Below, piece after piece: positions 28,101-38,080 of a DNA stretch of 64,000 nucleotides. The notes under the pieces were generated by a model. The model was not told the origin of the DNA. It saw only the letters and a list, made by a program, of their open reading frames with translations, and did not search any database. Source of the stretch: Methylotenera sp. Lineage in GTDB: Bacteria; Pseudomonadota; Gammaproteobacteria; Burkholderiales; Methylophilaceae. Made by a program: the position numbers and the translations under genes. The number at the start of each line of letters is the position of its first letter. The stretch's first letter is position 1. The stretch is taken from contig JBLLNR010000005.1 in NCBI GenBank assembly GCA_048058875.1, positions 48,615 through 112,614 on the forward strand, in the 5' to 3' direction.

Positions 28101-31100
28101 CCAGGATTGCCTGCTGCATCCGTTGTCGTGATGCTCGCATCGATGGTGGTGTCAGGATCTGCCGCTAAGTCGGCGCCTGGTACATTGATGCTGAACACGC
28201 CGCCTGCAACCAAGCCTGTGTATGTATTGCCGTTCACAGTCAGTGTGACCGTGTCACCATCTTGTGCATCGCCACCCACGCTACCCGTGACCGCTACCGT
28301 GCCGCCTGCTTCTGCCGCGTTGATGATGTCATCCGCGGTGATGTTCGCATCTAAGGTAATGGTTGGTACCGGTGCCGTTGTGTCCACTGTATACGTTTGT
28401 GTATCTGTTGCACTGCCTGGATTGCCAGCAGCATCCGTTGTCGCCACACTGGCGTCTACCGTTGTATCCGGATCGGCCGCTAAGTCAGATCCTGGTACGT
28501 TGATACTGAAGTTGCCGCCCGCATCCACCGTACCAGTGAAGGTGTTGCCGTTCACCGTTAAGGTGACGGTGTCGCCTGTGTTGAATTCGCCGCCAACCGT
28601 ACCGGTCACCGCAACCGGTCCGCCTGCTTCTGCTGCATTTAAAATGTTGTCTGCTGTAATCGGATCTAACGTAATCGTTGGGACCGGGGCCGTCGTATCA
28701 ACACTGTAACCTTCTGTATCGGTCGCTGTGCCAGGATTGCCTGCTGCATCCGTTGTCGTGATGCTCGCATCGATGGTGGTGTCAGGATCTGCCGCTAAGT
28801 CGGCGCCTGGTACATTGATGCTGAACACGCCGCCTGCAACCAAGCCTGTGTATGTATTGCCGTTCACAGTCAGTGTGACCGTGTCACCATCTTGTGCATC
28901 GCCACCCACGCTACCCGTGACCGCTACCGTGCCGCCTGCTTCTGCCGCGTTGATGATGTCATCCGCGGTGATGTTCGCATCTAAGGTAATGGTTGGTACC
29001 GGTGCCGTTGTGTCCACTGTATACGTTTGTGTATCTGTTGCACTGCCTGGATTGCCAGCAGCATCCGTTGTCGCCACACTGGCGTCTACCGTTGTATCCG
29101 GATCTGCCGCTAAGTCAGATCCTGGTACGTTGATACTGAAGTTGCCGCCCGCATCCACCGTACCAGTGAAGGTGTTGCCGTTCACCGTTAAGGTGACGGT
29201 GTCGCCTGTGTTGAATTCGCCGCCAACCGTACCGGTCACCGCAACCGGTCCGCCTGCTTCTGCTGCATTTAAAATGTTGTCTGCTGTAATCGGATCTAAC
29301 GTAATCGTTGGGACCGGGGCCGTCGTATCAACACTGTAACCTTCTGTGTCGGTCGCTGTGCCAGGATTGCCTGCTGCATCCGTTGTCGTGATGCTCGCAT
29401 CGATGGTGGTGTCAGGATCTGCCGCTAAGTCGGCGCCTGGTACATTGATGCTGAACACGCCGCCTGCAACCAAGCCTGTGTATGTATTGCCGTTCACAGT
29501 CAGTGTAACCGTGTCACCATCTTGTGCATCGCCACCCACGCTACCCGTGACCGCTACCGTGCCGCCTGCTTCTGCCGCGTTGATGATGTCATCCGCGGTG
29601 ATGTTCGCATCTAAGGTAATGGTTGGTACCGGTGCCGTTGTGTCCACTGTATACGTTTGTGTATCTGTTGCACTGCCTGGATTGCCAGCAGCATCCGTTG
29701 TCGCCACACTGGCGTCTACCGTTGTATCCGGATCGGCCGCTAAGTCAGATCCTGGTACGTTGATACTGAAGTTGCCGCCCGCATCCACCGTACCAGTGAA
29801 GGTGTTGCCGTTCACCGTTAAGGTGACGGTGTCGCCTGTGTTGAATTCGCCGCCAACCGTACCGGTCACCGCAACCGGTCCGCCTGCTTCTGCTGCATTT
29901 AAAATGTTGTCTGCTGTAATCGGATCTAACGTAATCGTTGGGACCGGGGCCGTCGTATCAACACTGTAACCTTCTGTGTCGGTCGCTGTGCCAGGATTGC
30001 CTGCTGCATCCGTTGTCGTGATGCTCGCATCGATGGTGGTGTCAGGATCTGCCGCTAAGTCGGCGCCTGGTACATTGATGCTGAACACGCCGCCTGCAAC
30101 CAAGCCTGTGTATGTATTGCCGTTCACAGTCAGTGTGACCGTGTCACCATCTTGTGCATCGCCACCCACGCTACCCGTGACCGCTACCGTGCCGCCTGCT
30201 TCTGCCGCGTTGATGATGTCATCCGCGGTGATGTTCGCATCTAAGGTAATGGTTGGTACCGGTGCCGTTGTGTCCACTGTATACGTTTGTGTATCTGTTG
30301 CACTGCCTGGATTGCCAGCAGCATCCGTTGTCGCCACACTGGCGTCTACCGTTGTATCCGGATCGGCCGCTAAGTCAGATCCTGGTACGTTGATACTGAA
30401 GTTGCCGCCCGCATCCACCGTACCAGTGAAGGTGTTGCCGTTCACCGTTAAGGTGACGGTGTCGCCTGTGTTGAATTCGCCGCCAACCGTACCGGTCACC
30501 GCAACCGGTCCGCCTGCTTCTGCTGCATTTAAAATGTTGTCTGCTGTAATCGGATCTAACGTAATCGTTGGGACCGGGGCCGTCGTATCAACACTGTAAC
30601 CTTCTGTATCGGTCGCTGTGCCAGGATTGCCTGCTGCATCCGTTGTCGTGATGCTCGCATCGATGGTGGTGTCAGGATCTGCCGCTAAGTCGGCGCCTGG
30701 TACATTGATGCTGAACACGCCGCCTGCAACCAAGCCTGTGTATGTATTGCCGTTCACAGTCAGTGTGACCGTGTCACCATCTTGTGCATCGCCACCCACG
30801 CTACCCGTGACCGCTACCGTGCCGCCTGCTTCTGCCGCGTTGATGATGTCATCCGCGGTGATGTTCGCATCTAAGGTAATGGTTGGTACCGGTGCCGTTG
30901 TGTCCACTGTATACGTTTGTGTATCTGTTGCACTGCCTGGATTGCCAGCAGCATCCGTTGTCGCCACACTGGCGTCTACCGTTGTATCCGGATCGGCCGC
31001 TAAGTCAGATCCTGGTACGTTGATACTGAAGTTGCCGCCCGCATCCACCGTACCAGTGAAGGTGTTGCCGTTCACCGTTAAGGTGACGGTGTCGCCTGTG

Positions 31101-33313
31101 TTGAATTCGCCGCCAACCGTACCGGTCACCGCAACCGGTCCGCCTGCTTCTGCTGCATTTAAAATGTTGTCTGCTGTAATCGGATCTAACGTAATCGTTG
31201 GGACCGGGGCCGTCGTATCAACACTGTAACCTTCTGTATCGGTCGCTGTGCCAGGATTGCCTGCTGCATCCGTTGTCGTGATGCTCGCATCGATGGTGGT
31301 GTCAGGATCTGCCGCTAAGTCGGCGCCTGGTACATTGATGCTGAACACGCCGCCTGCAACCAAGCCTGTGTACGTATTGCCGTTCACAGTCAGTGTGACC
31401 GTGTCACCATCTTGTGCATCGCCACCCACGCTACCCGTGACCGCTACCGTGCCGCCTGCTTCTGCCGCGTTGATGATGTCATCCGCGGTGATGTTCGCAT
31501 CTAAGGTAATGGTTGGTACCGGTGCTAAATCATCGTGAGTAATAATACGTGTTGCTTGCGGTGCAGGGTTACCGCCTAAGTCACTCACATCTGCTGTAAC
31601 TGTTTCCGTCACACCTAATGCTTGCGCATCAACTGCTGGAATCGATAAGCTCCATGCGTTAGCTAACACAGTTGTGGTATATGTGTTGCCATTAACTGTA
31701 ACTGTGACTGTTTGCCCATCCTCTACATTGAGTGTTGCACCGCTAATTGTCACAGGACTATCATCTTCAACTGCATTAATAATATCGTCACCTGCAATAA
31801 CATTAATGGTTATAGTTGGAGTACCTGTATCAACACTATAGGTTTGTGTATCTGTTGCACTGCCTGGATTGCCAGCAGCATCCGTTGTCGCCACACTGGC
31901 GTCTACCGTTGTATCCGGATCTGCCGCTAAGTCAGATCCTGGTACGTTGATACTGAAGTTGCCGCCCGCATCCACCGTACCAGTGAAGGTGTTGCCGTTC
32001 ACCGTTAAGGTGACGGTGTCGCCTGTGTTGAATTCGCCGCCAACCGTACCGGTCACCGCAACCGGTCCGCCTGCTTCTGCTGCATTTAAAATGTTGTCTG
32101 CTGTAATCGGATCTAACGTAATCGTTGGGACCGGGGCCGTCGTATCAACACTGTAACCTTCTGTGTCGGTCGCTGTGCCAGGATTGCCTGCTGCATCCGT
32201 TGTCGTGATGCTCGCATCGATGGTGGTGTCAGGATCTGCCGCTAAGTCGGCGCCTGGTACATTGATGCTGAACACGCCGCCTGCAACCAAGCCTGTGTAT
32301 GTATTGCCGTTCACAGTCAGTGTGACCGTGTCACCATCTTGTGCATCGCCACCCACGCTACCCGTGACCGCTACCGTGCCGCCTGCTTCTGCCGCGTTGA
32401 TGATGTCATCCGCGGTGATGTTCGCATCTAAGGTAATGGTTGGTACCGGTGCCGTTGTGTCCACTGTATACGTTTGTGTATCTGTTGCACTGCCTGGATT
32501 GCCAGCAGCATCCGTTGTCGCCACACTGGCGTCTACCGTTGTATCCGGATCTGCCGCTAAGTCAGATCCTGGTACGTTGATACTGAAGTTGCCGCCCGCA
32601 TCCACCGTACCAGTGAAGGTGTTGCCGTTCACCGTTAAGGTGACGGTGTCGCCTGTGTTGAATTCGCCGCCAACCGTACCGGTCACCGCAACCGGTCCGC
32701 CTGCTTCTGCTGCATTTAAAATGTTGTCTGCTGTAATCGGATCTAACGTAATCGTTGGGACCGGGGCCGTCGTGTCAGTAGGCAAACCCAATAAAACACC
32801 ACCAGCAGCAAGAAAATCATCTTGCTCAGAAAATAGAGGTGGAATTCTAGCACTTGCAAACTGTGTTGAAGCAAAGTCAAAAGCGGAAGGGTTGACACTT
32901 TCAACAACTCTTGAAAGATTCTCAAAATTAAAGCCATAGGCCGTTACTGCACCCCCATCTAACCCAGCTGCAGTTTCCTCTAATACTTCACTGATATCAC
33001 GACCTTGATTAATTGCCATAATAACGGCTTGTATGGTCGCTTGATCGACAGCACTATCACCAGAGCTTGCTGGCACAGCATCAACTAATTCATCGGTAAG
33101 TTTAACTGTTTGTTCTGCAAAAATAGCTAGTGGCTTACCATTCGTCAACTCGAGCTCAACTATTACACCTTCAGGTGTAATAATCGTATCACCTGTCTTG
33201 ATGCTATCATTTAAATGTAGAGTTCGCTTTACACCGCCATCAGAAATTACAATCACTTTATCAACTGCGTCTGGTGTGCCATTAATTGAAACTACAGTAC
33301 CAAGAATTGCCAT
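22157..33313 (-). CDS. Giant LapA-like RTX adhesin (type I secreted). Order: N-terminal retention module, 27 Ig-like repeats, cadherin/VCBS-like domains, RTX nonapeptides, C-terminal secretion signal
   Basis: The N-terminus [17 protein letters not shown]...GDTIITPEG plus a TAAG motif matches the LapA/MpIBP retention module. The C-terminus has GGxGxD-type repeats ([62 protein letters not shown]). Neighbours are lapB/C/D/G/E-like genes. The preferred start is the ATG at 33313, preceded by AGGAAG; the ORF-track TTG at 33346 adds 11 aa. Confidence 0.9.
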   Translation of the reverse strand: MAILGTVVSINGTPDAVDKVIVISDGGVKRTLHLNDSIKTGDTIITPEGVIVELELTNGKPLAIFAEQTVKLTDELVDAVPASSGDSAVDQATIQAVIMAINQGRDISEVLEETAAGLDGGAVTAYGFNFENLSRVVESVNPSAFDFASTQFASARIPPLFSEQDDFLAAGGVLLGLPTDTTAPVPTITLDPITADNILNAAEAGGPVAVTGTVGGEFNTGDTVTLTVNGNTFTGTVDAGGNFSINVPGSDLAADPDTTVDASVATTDAAGNPGSATDTQTYTVDTTAPVPTITLDANITADDIINAAEAGGTVAVTGSVGGDAQDGDTVTLTVNGNTYTGLVAGGVFSINVPGADLAADPDTTIDASITTTDAAGNPGTATDTEGYSVDTTAPVPTITLDPITADNILNAAEAGGPVAVTGTVGGEFNTGDTVTLTVNGNTFTGTVDAGGNFSINVPGSDLAADPDTTVDASVATTDAAGNPGSATDTQTYSVDTGTPTITINVIAGDDIINAVEDDSPVTISGATLNVEDGQTVTVTVNGNTYTTTVLANAWSLSIPAVDAQALGVTETVTADVSDLGGNPAPQATRIITHDDLAPVPTITLDANITADDIINAAEAGGTVAVTGSVGGDAQDGDTVTLTVNGNTYTGLVAGGVFSINVPGADLAADPDTTIDASITTTDAAGNPGTATDTEGYSVDTTAPVPTITLDPITADNILNAAEAGGPVAVTGTVGGEFNTGDTVTLTVNGNTFTGTVDAGGNFSINVPGSDLAADPDTTVDASVATTDAAGNPGSATDTQTYTVDTTAPVPTITLDANITADDIINAAEAGGTVAVTGSVGGDAQDGDTVTLTVNGNTYTGLVAGGVFSINVPGADLAADPDTTIDASITTTDAAGNPGTATDTEGYSVDTTAPVPTITLDPITADNILNAAEAGGPVAVTGTVGGEFNTGDTVTLTVNGNTFTGTVDAGGNFSINVPGSDLAADPDTTVDASVATTDAAGNPGSATDTQTYTVDTTAPVPTITLDANITADDIINAAEAGGTVAVTGSVGGDAQDGDTVTLTVNGNTYTGLVAGGVFSINVPGADLAADPDTTIDASITTTDAAGNPGTATDTEGYSVDTTAPVPTITLDPITADNILNAAEAGGPVAVTGTVGGEFNTGDTVTLTVNGNTFTGTVDAGGNFSINVPGSDLAADPDTTVDASVATTDAAGNPGSATDTQTYTVDTTAPVPTITLDANITADDIINAAEAGGTVAVTGSVGGDAQDGDTVTLTVNGNTYTGLVAGGVFSINVPGADLAADPDTTIDASITTTDAAGNPGTATDTEGYSVDTTAPVPTITLDPITADNILNAAEAGGPVAVTGTVGGEFNTGDTVTLTVNGNTFTGTVDAGGNFSINVPGSDLAADPDTTVDASVATTDAAGNPGSATDTQTYTVDTTAPVPTITLDANITADDIINAAEAGGTVAVTGSVGGDAQDGDTVTLTVNGNTYTGLVAGGVFSINVPGADLAADPDTTIDASITTTDAAGNPGTATDTEGYSVDTTAPVPTITLDPITADNILNAAEAGGPVAVTGTVGGEFNTGDTVTLTVNGNTFTGTVDAGGNFSINVPGSDLAADPDTTVDASVATTDAAGNPGSATDTQTYTVDTTAPVPTITLDANITADDIINAAEAGGTVAVTGSVGGDAQDGDTVTLTVNGNTYTGLVAGGVFSINVPGADLAADPDTTIDASITTTDAAGNPGTATDTEGYSVDTTAPVPTITLDPITADNILNAAEAGGPVAVTGTVGGEFNTGDTVTLTVNGNTFTGTVDAGGNFSINVPGSDLAADPDTTVDASVATTDAAGNPGSATDTQTYTVDTTAPVPTITLDANITADDIINAAEAGGTVAVTGSVGGDAQDGDTVTLTVNGNTYTGLVAGGVFSINVPGADLAADPDTTIDASITTTDAAGNPGTATDTEGYSVDTTAPVPTITLDPITADNILNAAEAGGPVAVTGTVGGEFNTGDTVTLTVNGNTFTGTVDAGGNFSINVPGSDLAADPDTTVDASVATTDAAGNPGSATDTQTYTVDTTAPVPTITLDANITADDIINAAEAGGTVAVTGSVGGDAQDGDTVTLTVNGNTYTGLVAGGVFSINVPGADLAADPDTTIDASITTTDAAGNPGTATDTEGYSVDTTAPVPTITLDPITADNILNAAEAGGPVAVTGTVGGEFNTGDTVTLTVNGNTFTGTVDAGGNFSINVPGSDLAADPDTTVDASVATTDAAGNPGSATDTQTYTVDTTAPVPTITLDANITADDIINAAEAGGTVAVTGSVGGDAQDGDTVTLTVNGNTYTGLVAGGVFSINVPGADLAADPDTTIDASITTTDAAGNPGTATDTEGYSVDTTAPVPTITLDPITADNILNAAEAGGPVAVTGTVGGEFNTGDTVTLTVNGNTFTGTVDAGGNFSINVPGSDLAADPDTTVDASVATTDAAGNPGSATDTQTYTVDTTAPVPTITLDANITADDIINAAEAGGTVAVTGSVGGDAQDGDTVTLTVNGNTYTGLVAGGVFSINVPGADLAADPDTTIDASITTTDAAGNPGTATDTEGYSVDTTAPVPTITLDPITADNILNAAEAGGPVAVTGTVGGEFNTGDTVTLTVNGNTFTGTVDAGGNFSINVPGSDLAADPDTTVDASVATTDAAGNPGSATDTQTYTVDTTAPVPTITLDANITADDIINAAEAGGTVAVTGSVGGDAQDGDTVTLTVNGNTYTGLVAGGVFSINVPGADLAADPDTTIDASITTTDAAGNPGTATDTEGYSVDTTAPVPTITLDPITADNILNAAEAGGPVAVTGTVGGEFNTGDTVTLTVNGNTFTGTVDAGGNFSINVPGSDLAADPDTTVDASVATTDAAGNPGSATDTQTYTVDTTAPVPTITLDANITADDIINAAEAGGTVAVTGSVGGDAQDGDTVTLTVNGNTYTGLVAGGVFSINVPGADLAADPDTTIDASITTTDAAGNPGTATDTEGYSVDTTAPVIAAQAFNYAENQTVGATVATVVASDNVAVAGYSFTATGTNTSSDGFYQIDASGNITITAAGVAANVNDFETLPNSTIHSVTVTDTAGNTNTANITLNETNVDDVILNAIADSLTVTEDSLNNLSPSSLLANDVDDLGSSLTIAPGSVGTFLTTQGGIITVASDGTYTYTPPANYSGPDSFTYTVTNGTETDTGTLNINVTAVADTPNLTVQSVIDFVNSVPTVAAVADTNAAISQANLESTLGLPAGTLDGFDPTAGVLNDPGNVNVNDGDFTLQNLNLNAGQQISVDWTFDNGEDLVGEITGGFNDIVLVAITDPNGAITYQILTSSEFAGAATDATGTFTFTSALSGTYQFSYMVLNGRDGGKDSSITVTPPVFVVGGNSYGQPIDVAIGAGLTDTDGSESLTVSISGVPLTATFSAGTNLGGGLWSFTEAELDGLQIYPASGFTGTINLSVTATSTEISNGDTATTAAESITINVSAPTNMIEGTNAGNTLNGTTGDDVLNGLGGNDTLNGNNGQDLLYGGNGNDTLNGQAGNDTLYGQAGNDTLVGGTGRDTLVGGSGNDTMTGGNAGSDDFTTDTFVWNLADQGTIATPAVDTINNFGTAAANAGGDVLDLRDLLVGEDYSGASLDNYLHFEFSGGNTTMYVSSTGAFNNGNTVGAPTIDVSSNDVQQVVFTGVNLTAGFATDADVINNLIAQQKLITD
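22560..22815 (-). other. RTX calcium-binding nonapeptide repeat block of the adhesin
   Basis: About 9 consecutive GxxGxDxLx-type nonapeptides, read from the translation. Confidence 0.8.
24274..32773 (-). repeat. Near-identical 630-bp tandem repeat array (two alternating 315-bp / 105-aa Ig-like units, A and B). There are 11.5 periods at 24274-31525 and ~1.5 periods at 31842-32773, split by a unique ~315-bp domain
   Basis: The sequence repeats line for line every 630 bp. Only a handful of synonymous differences were seen, for example GTATC vs GTGTC at unit junctions, GATCTGCC vs GATCGGCC at 29101/31920/32540, and single differences at ~29506 and ~31372. Confidence 0.95.
32963..32974 (-). other. 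Predicted LapG cleavage motif Thr-Ala-Ala-Gly in the adhesin N-terminus
   Basis: The reverse complement ACTGCAGCTGGG encodes TAAG at residues 114-117, counted from the ATG at 33313 (context [11 protein letters not shown]). LapA-type adhesins are cut at a di-Ala about 100 residues from the N-terminus. Confidence 0.6.
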
Positions 33314-33453
33314 AATGCTTCCTAAATTTAATTTAAGGGCATACAAATACCCGTATAGTAGTAATTAAATCGATTTTTCCACTTGATGTATATTGGCCTG
33401 TAGGACAATATTGATGAATGTTGCTAGATAAAGATTGATGAAATCTGGAACAG

Positions 33454-34176
33454 CTATGCTACATATTCAAGTTTTTTTTTATGATTATTCTTTTCTGAAT
33501 CTCTTAATGTATCTTGCTTCGGGTGAAGCGCCTGAACATCAGCATTGATGGTAATTTTTGCATTATCATCTTTTTCATTAAGGACCAATGCAAGTTGTAA
33601 CCTATCCTTAACTCCAAGCTTTTCTAGCGAAGATGATATATGTGCTTTAACTGTGCGCTCTGTAATATTGAGCAAGCGAGCAATTTCTTTATTGCTACAT
33701 CCTTTAGCCGCTTCTAATGCTACTTGTTGTTCACGATTTGTCAGTAGGCCCAGTGCCTTCTCTACATTAGATGAAGCAGTGTGAATGACATCTTTTGTTG
33801 ATCCGATCAATGTTTTTAACAAATCATTGCCCAACCATATGCCACCGTGCATTACCACTGTTTTAAGTTCTTTAAGCATACTTGGGGCACTGTAAGCATG
33901 ACAATACCCTACTGCGCCTCGACGCATAATAGTTAAAGCATCTGGCTCATTAGGCGTATTGGCTAATACCACAACCTTAGAGGCTTTGAATTTCTTATCA
34001 ATACTGGTCATGATATTTTCAAGCCAACTGACATTGTTTGAATTAGCATGAACCCAAAACACAACAGGCTCGTTTACTGGAACAGTAACCAAAGACGCCG
34101 ACACCATTGCCTTTGGAAAAGCTTGTTTCCAGTTATCTAGCATATTGCCATTGGGGCATAAAAATATGTCGCGCAT
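33454..34176 (-). CDS. LuxR-type HTH regulator with a degenerate receiver-like N-domain (VpsT/CsgD-like)
   Basis: C-terminal LTNREQQVALEAAKGCSNKEIARLLNITERTVKAHISSSLEKLGV is a LuxR/FixJ HTH. The N-domain has REC-like beta4-alpha5 (VVVLANTPNEPDALTIMRRGAVGYCH) but no acceptor Asp (FWVHAN). HGGIWLGNDLL aligns with the VpsT GEMWLTRKL segment. The start overlaps the lapC-like stop. Confidence 0.65.
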   Translation of the reverse strand: MRDIFLCPNGNMLDNWKQAFPKAMVSASLVTVPVNEPVVFWVHANSNNVSWLENIMTSIDKKFKASKVVVLANTPNEPDALTIMRRGAVGYCHAYSAPSMLKELKTVVMHGGIWLGNDLLKTLIGSTKDVIHTASSNVEKALGLLTNREQQVALEAAKGCSNKEIARLLNITERTVKAHISSSLEKLGVKDRLQLALVLNEKDDNAKITINADVQALHPKQDTLRDSEKNNHKKKLEYVA

Positions 34177-35588
34177 TACCTCTCCGTGAAAGCGTATGAT
34201 TTCGCCTTTAATACAGGCTTGAGTAAATAGGAAAGCACTGATTTTTTACCAGTAATAATATCGACTTGTGCAACCATACCTGGAATGATCGGTAGGTTTT
34301 TCCCTAAACTTGGTTTTAAGGTTTGCACTTTGACAATATAAAAAGCATTTCCTTTCTCGTCTACTATAGAATCGGCAGCCACACTGATAACTTTAGCCTC
34401 CATTGTTCCATAGATGGTGTAATCATAGGCAGTCAGCTTCACAGCTGCTGCTTGGTTAAGACTCACAAAAGCGATATCTCTAGGTTGTATTTTTGTTTCT
34501 AACACAAGCGTATCATCTGTAGGCACTAGTTCTAACACTTCTTTGCCTGGCTGTATCACACCGCCAACCGTGTTATAAAACAAACGACTGACGGTCCCGT
34601 TTACTGGCGCTTTAAGGACTGATTGCTGCACTTTATCATCGAGCGCCACTTGTGCTTCAATCAAGCCGTTCAACTTGGCTGTCGTTTCCGACAACTCTGT
34701 TCGGACCTTATTCCGAAAAGCAGATTCAATTTCTTTAATCTTTCTTTCTGCTTCAGCAATAGCTGACTTAACCCGCCCAACCTGTTCACGTGCTTGATTA
34801 CGTTCACCTCGGAGTTTTGCAACATCTCTTTCCAATCTCAACAAATCCACATCAGAAACGGCTCCACTCTCTCTTAAAGGTCTAGTAACTTCAAGTTCTT
34901 GATTCGTCAAATCCAAACTTCTTGATGCCTGTTCAAGTCTCGCATAAGTTTCTGCCAACTCTCTTTGGCGCTGCTTAACTTGCTCTGATGCAATTGCTAC
35001 TTGAGATGCCAGTTCTGCTTTACTTGAAGCGTAAAGCGCATATTCTTGTGTATATAGTTCTGGGGCCTCTTTTTTGATCTCTTCATCCTGAACATAGTCA
35101 CTACCTGATGCCAATGCTCTAAGTCTTGATTGCCTTGCGAGTAATGACAAATATTGTGAGCGATTTTCACGTAATGATGAAACTGCCCTTGTTTGGTCAA
35201 TTTTGACCAATGGCTGACCTTTTATTACAGTTTCACCTTCATGCACCAACAGCTCTGAGACAATTCCACCATCGTAAGACTGTACGATTTGCACTTGTTG
35301 CGAAGGAATAACTCGCCCTTCTCCTCGCGTAATTTCATCAATCTTTGTGTAGCCAGCCCAAGCAATAAGCAAAGCTAAAAGAATTACCATCCAATAAAGA
35401 ATTTTTTTTGCGCGTAAAGGCGCTTGCTCTAAAATCGCAAACTCTGCGTCTTCAGCCCATGCACGTTCCTCTGCAGTCGCGCTAGGAGCCCACCTTTCAA
35501 GCAAATAATGTACAGGTTTTGTCAGCCAAGTTCTTGCCAAAAAGAAGTTATGTACCTTGCCTAAAATGCTGAACAGTCTCTGACTCAT
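34176..35588 (-). CDS. lapC: HlyD-family T1SS membrane fusion protein (LapC-like)
   Basis: N-terminal TM, long coiled-coil region and C-terminal beta-barrel, with the typical ending KKSVLSYLLKPV. Start and stop overlap the neighbouring genes. Confidence 0.88.
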   Translation of the reverse strand: MSQRLFSILGKVHNFFLARTWLTKPVHYLLERWAPSATAEERAWAEDAEFAILEQAPLRAKKILYWMVILLALLIAWAGYTKIDEITRGEGRVIPSQQVQIVQSYDGGIVSELLVHEGETVIKGQPLVKIDQTRAVSSLRENRSQYLSLLARQSRLRALASGSDYVQDEEIKKEAPELYTQEYALYASSKAELASQVAIASEQVKQRQRELAETYARLEQASRSLDLTNQELEVTRPLRESGAVSDVDLLRLERDVAKLRGERNQAREQVGRVKSAIAEAERKIKEIESAFRNKVRTELSETTAKLNGLIEAQVALDDKVQQSVLKAPVNGTVSRLFYNTVGGVIQPGKEVLELVPTDDTLVLETKIQPRDIAFVSLNQAAAVKLTAYDYTIYGTMEAKVISVAADSIVDEKGNAFYIVKVQTLKPSLGKNLPIIPGMVAQVDIITGKKSVLSYLLKPVLKAKSYAFTER

Positions 35589-37756
35589 TACGCCTTACCT
35601 ACTTTCCCTGTACGCAAGGCTTCGATAACCTGTGCTTTAGCACCATCTGCAACTACTTTCCCATTATCAATAACAATAATTCTGTCAACTAAATCAAATA
35701 ATGATGAGCGGTGTGTAATGACGATCATCGTTTTGCCCAGAGTAACTTCTTTAAGTCGTGCTTTAACGAAATCCTCCCCCGAATGATCCATTGCGCTCGT
35801 TGGCTCGTCCAGCAGAATAATTGATGGATTGTTAATCATAGCTCTTGCAATACCAACACCTTGGCGCTGACCACCTGATAACGTTTCTCCGCGCTCTCCG
35901 ATGGACATATCAAAGCCGTTAGGGTGCATATTAATAAACTCTGCGATGCCACCGATACGTGCTGCAGTTAACACTTGCTCATCATCTGCGTGAGGAGATG
36001 CAATTGCAATATTGTCTCGCATCGAGCCATAGAACAAATTTGTGTCTTGTTGAACATATCCAATACTACGTCTGAGTTCAGCTGGATCAATTTGTCGGGA
36101 ATCAATTCCGTCAAGTAAAATTGCTCCAGCAGTTGGCTGATAAAGACCTAGTATCAATTTCTGCAATGTTGTTTTACCAGAACCCATACGTCCCAGAATT
36201 ACAACATGTTCTCCCGCACGTATTTTGAAAGACACATTTTTCAATGCACTAACCTCAGTGCCTGGGTAATTAAAGCTAACCTCGCGAAACTCTATATCAC
36301 CTTGGAAAGCGGTCCGCGATAAAAAGCTGGTTTCATCAGGACGCTCAACTGGCCGACTCATAACGTCATCCAACGAAGTCAGCGCAGTTGTGGCATTATG
36401 ATATTGGGTCATCAATCCAGCTGATTGCGATATTGGTGCTAAAGCACGACCAGCCAACATCGTGCATGCTATCAAGCCACCCATTGTCAAATCGCCCTCA
36501 ATGACTAGATACACACCTAACAAGACTGAGAATACGTTAACCAGCTGTGAGATACCATTTGCACCATTGGTAATAGATGCGGAAAGCAGCTTTAACTTTG
36601 CACTTACCTGCATTAAGAAATGGGCACTTTGCTCCCATTGCCTCTGCATACGCCCTTCTATACCAAGTGCCTTAATTGTCTCAAGACCAACCAGGCTTTC
36701 AATTAGCGTTGCGTTCCTGATTGCGCCAGCCCTGAACATTGACTCTGAATGCTCCTGCATTTTAGTTTGCACGCTGAATGAGTAAACAAGTAACACAAGA
36801 CCACCAACAGCGACAGGAATAACCATATAAGGCGAAATCCAAGCAATCACAAAAATAAATATAAGTGCGAAAGGAATATCAATCAAAGTTGTAATGGTGG
36901 CGGAAGTAATAAAGTCTCTGACTGTTTCGAAGGCTCTTAAGTTTGACGCAAAAGAACCTGCAGAGCTTGGACGCAATTCCAAACGCGTGCCTAGCACTTT
37001 CTCCATAATGCTAGCAGTCAACTTAATATCAATCCGTTGACTAGCCCAATCCAAGAAATAAGCTCGCATCGTTCGTAAGGCAACATCGGCAAAAACGATT
37101 AAAGCAATACCAATCACCATGACCCATAGCGTTTCTACAGAGCGATTGGGCACAATACGGTCATAGACATTCATCGTAAACAAAGGCATCGCCAGCGCAA
37201 ACATATTGATCAAAAATGCGGCTAGCATAATGTCACGGTAAATGCGTTTATTTTCTGAGAGCACACCCCAGAACCAATGTTTATGGCGACTACTTTTTAC
37301 ATCAGGTGCACGTTTGTCAAAAATGAATTTAGGCTTAGTAACAATTAGATAGCCAGAAAATCGCTTGCTAAGCTCATCCCATGGAATTGATACTTCTGCG
37401 TCACCCAGTTCAGGAAATATAATTCTTGCATGTGACTTGCTGTCATCCCAGCCAAGAAACAAACAAGCTTCTTCGTCCTTGAGCAACAAAATTGCTGGAG
37501 TGAACTCGCTGTGAATTTGTTTTAATGGTTTTTTGAGTACGCTACTTACAAGATTGGCTCGCTCTGCTGCGCGCTTGATTAAACTCGGGGTGATACGACC
37601 ATTGTGTAGCGGCAGGCCTGCTGCTAGAGCGTCCTTAGAGATGGCAATGCCATGCATGCGACATGATATCTGCAGGCAGCTCAACAAGCTATCTGCGTCA
37701 TCACCTCGTAATGCTTCTAGCGTATCAACTGTTTTACTCGCTTCGTTTAGATTCAT
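35588..37756 (-). CDS. lapB: T1SS ABC transporter (N-terminal C39-like domain, 6-TM domain, NBD; LapB-like)
   Basis: Walker A GRMGSGKTT, signature LSGGQRQ, Walker B IILLDEPTS. The N-terminal ~140 aa form a C39-like domain (LLSCLQISCRMHGI). Confidence 0.9.
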   Translation of the reverse strand: MNLNEASKTVDTLEALRGDDADSLLSCLQISCRMHGIAISKDALAAGLPLHNGRITPSLIKRAAERANLVSSVLKKPLKQIHSEFTPAILLLKDEEACLFLGWDDSKSHARIIFPELGDAEVSIPWDELSKRFSGYLIVTKPKFIFDKRAPDVKSSRHKHWFWGVLSENKRIYRDIMLAAFLINMFALAMPLFTMNVYDRIVPNRSVETLWVMVIGIALIVFADVALRTMRAYFLDWASQRIDIKLTASIMEKVLGTRLELRPSSAGSFASNLRAFETVRDFITSATITTLIDIPFALIFIFVIAWISPYMVIPVAVGGLVLLVYSFSVQTKMQEHSESMFRAGAIRNATLIESLVGLETIKALGIEGRMQRQWEQSAHFLMQVSAKLKLLSASITNGANGISQLVNVFSVLLGVYLVIEGDLTMGGLIACTMLAGRALAPISQSAGLMTQYHNATTALTSLDDVMSRPVERPDETSFLSRTAFQGDIEFREVSFNYPGTEVSALKNVSFKIRAGEHVVILGRMGSGKTTLQKLILGLYQPTAGAILLDGIDSRQIDPAELRRSIGYVQQDTNLFYGSMRDNIAIASPHADDEQVLTAARIGGIAEFINMHPNGFDMSIGERGETLSGGQRQGVGIARAMINNPSIILLDEPTSAMDHSGEDFVKARLKEVTLGKTMIVITHRSSLFDLVDRIIVIDNGKVVADGAKAQVIEALRTGKVGKA

Positions 37757-37989
37757 GCTCGAGTTTTCATGTGCAAAGTAATACTTTAAATGATTAATTC
37801 CATTAATTACAAGATATTACGCTATATTTTAAATCTAACTTCTGAAATTAAGACCTAAAAGACACACTTGTTCAGCGTTTTGGCTATATAGAAAACAATT
37901 ATCGAAAAATGATACTTGCTATGCAGCGAAGCAACACCATCTAAAACTACTGGGAAATTTCTAATTAGTTGGTACGAAGAAATGTTAAT

Positions 37990-38063
37990 TGGAGGCGCGA
38001 GCCGGAATCGAACCGGCGTCTACGGCTTTGCAGGCCGCTGCATAACCACTTTGCTATCGCGCC
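37990..38063 (-). tRNA. tRNA-Cys (anticodon GCA)
   Basis: Reverse complement: GGCGCGATAGCAAAGTGGTTATGCAGCGGCCTGCAAAGCCGTAGACGCCGGTTCGATTCCGGCTCGCGCCTCCA. Anticodon loop CUGCAAA. Confidence 0.9.
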
Positions 38064-38080
38064 ACATGATAGTTGAAACT

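Noticed and set aside
24274-32773. The regular repeat array could superficially suggest a CRISPR or satellite locus.
   Set aside because: The units are 315/630 bp and contiguous with no unique spacers. They are in frame and encode Ig-like domains of a single 3,718-aa protein.
24318-32939. A series of 203-258-aa plus-strand ORFs (e.g. 24936-25559, 25566-26189 ...), each repeating every 630 bp.
   Set aside because: They are antisense to the adhesin repeats. They exist only because the GC-rich, stop-poor repeat is copied many times. Their products are low-complexity (PAASVV...), have no start context, and lie entirely inside a well-supported minus-strand gene.
33314-33346. The 11-aa N-terminal extension ([11 protein letters not shown]) from the TTG start given in the ORF track.
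   Set aside because: The downstream ATG at 33313 has a proper Shine-Dalgarno sequence and yields the canonical MAI.G.V retention-module N-terminus.
35588-37756. The N-terminal C39-like domain of the ABC transporter might indicate a bacteriocin/double-glycine leader exporter.
   Set aside because: The neighbouring substrate is an RTX adhesin with a C-terminal signal and no GG-leader peptide gene is present. LapB/HlyB-type transporters carry non-proteolytic C39-like domains. I cannot judge catalytic competence from sequence alone.
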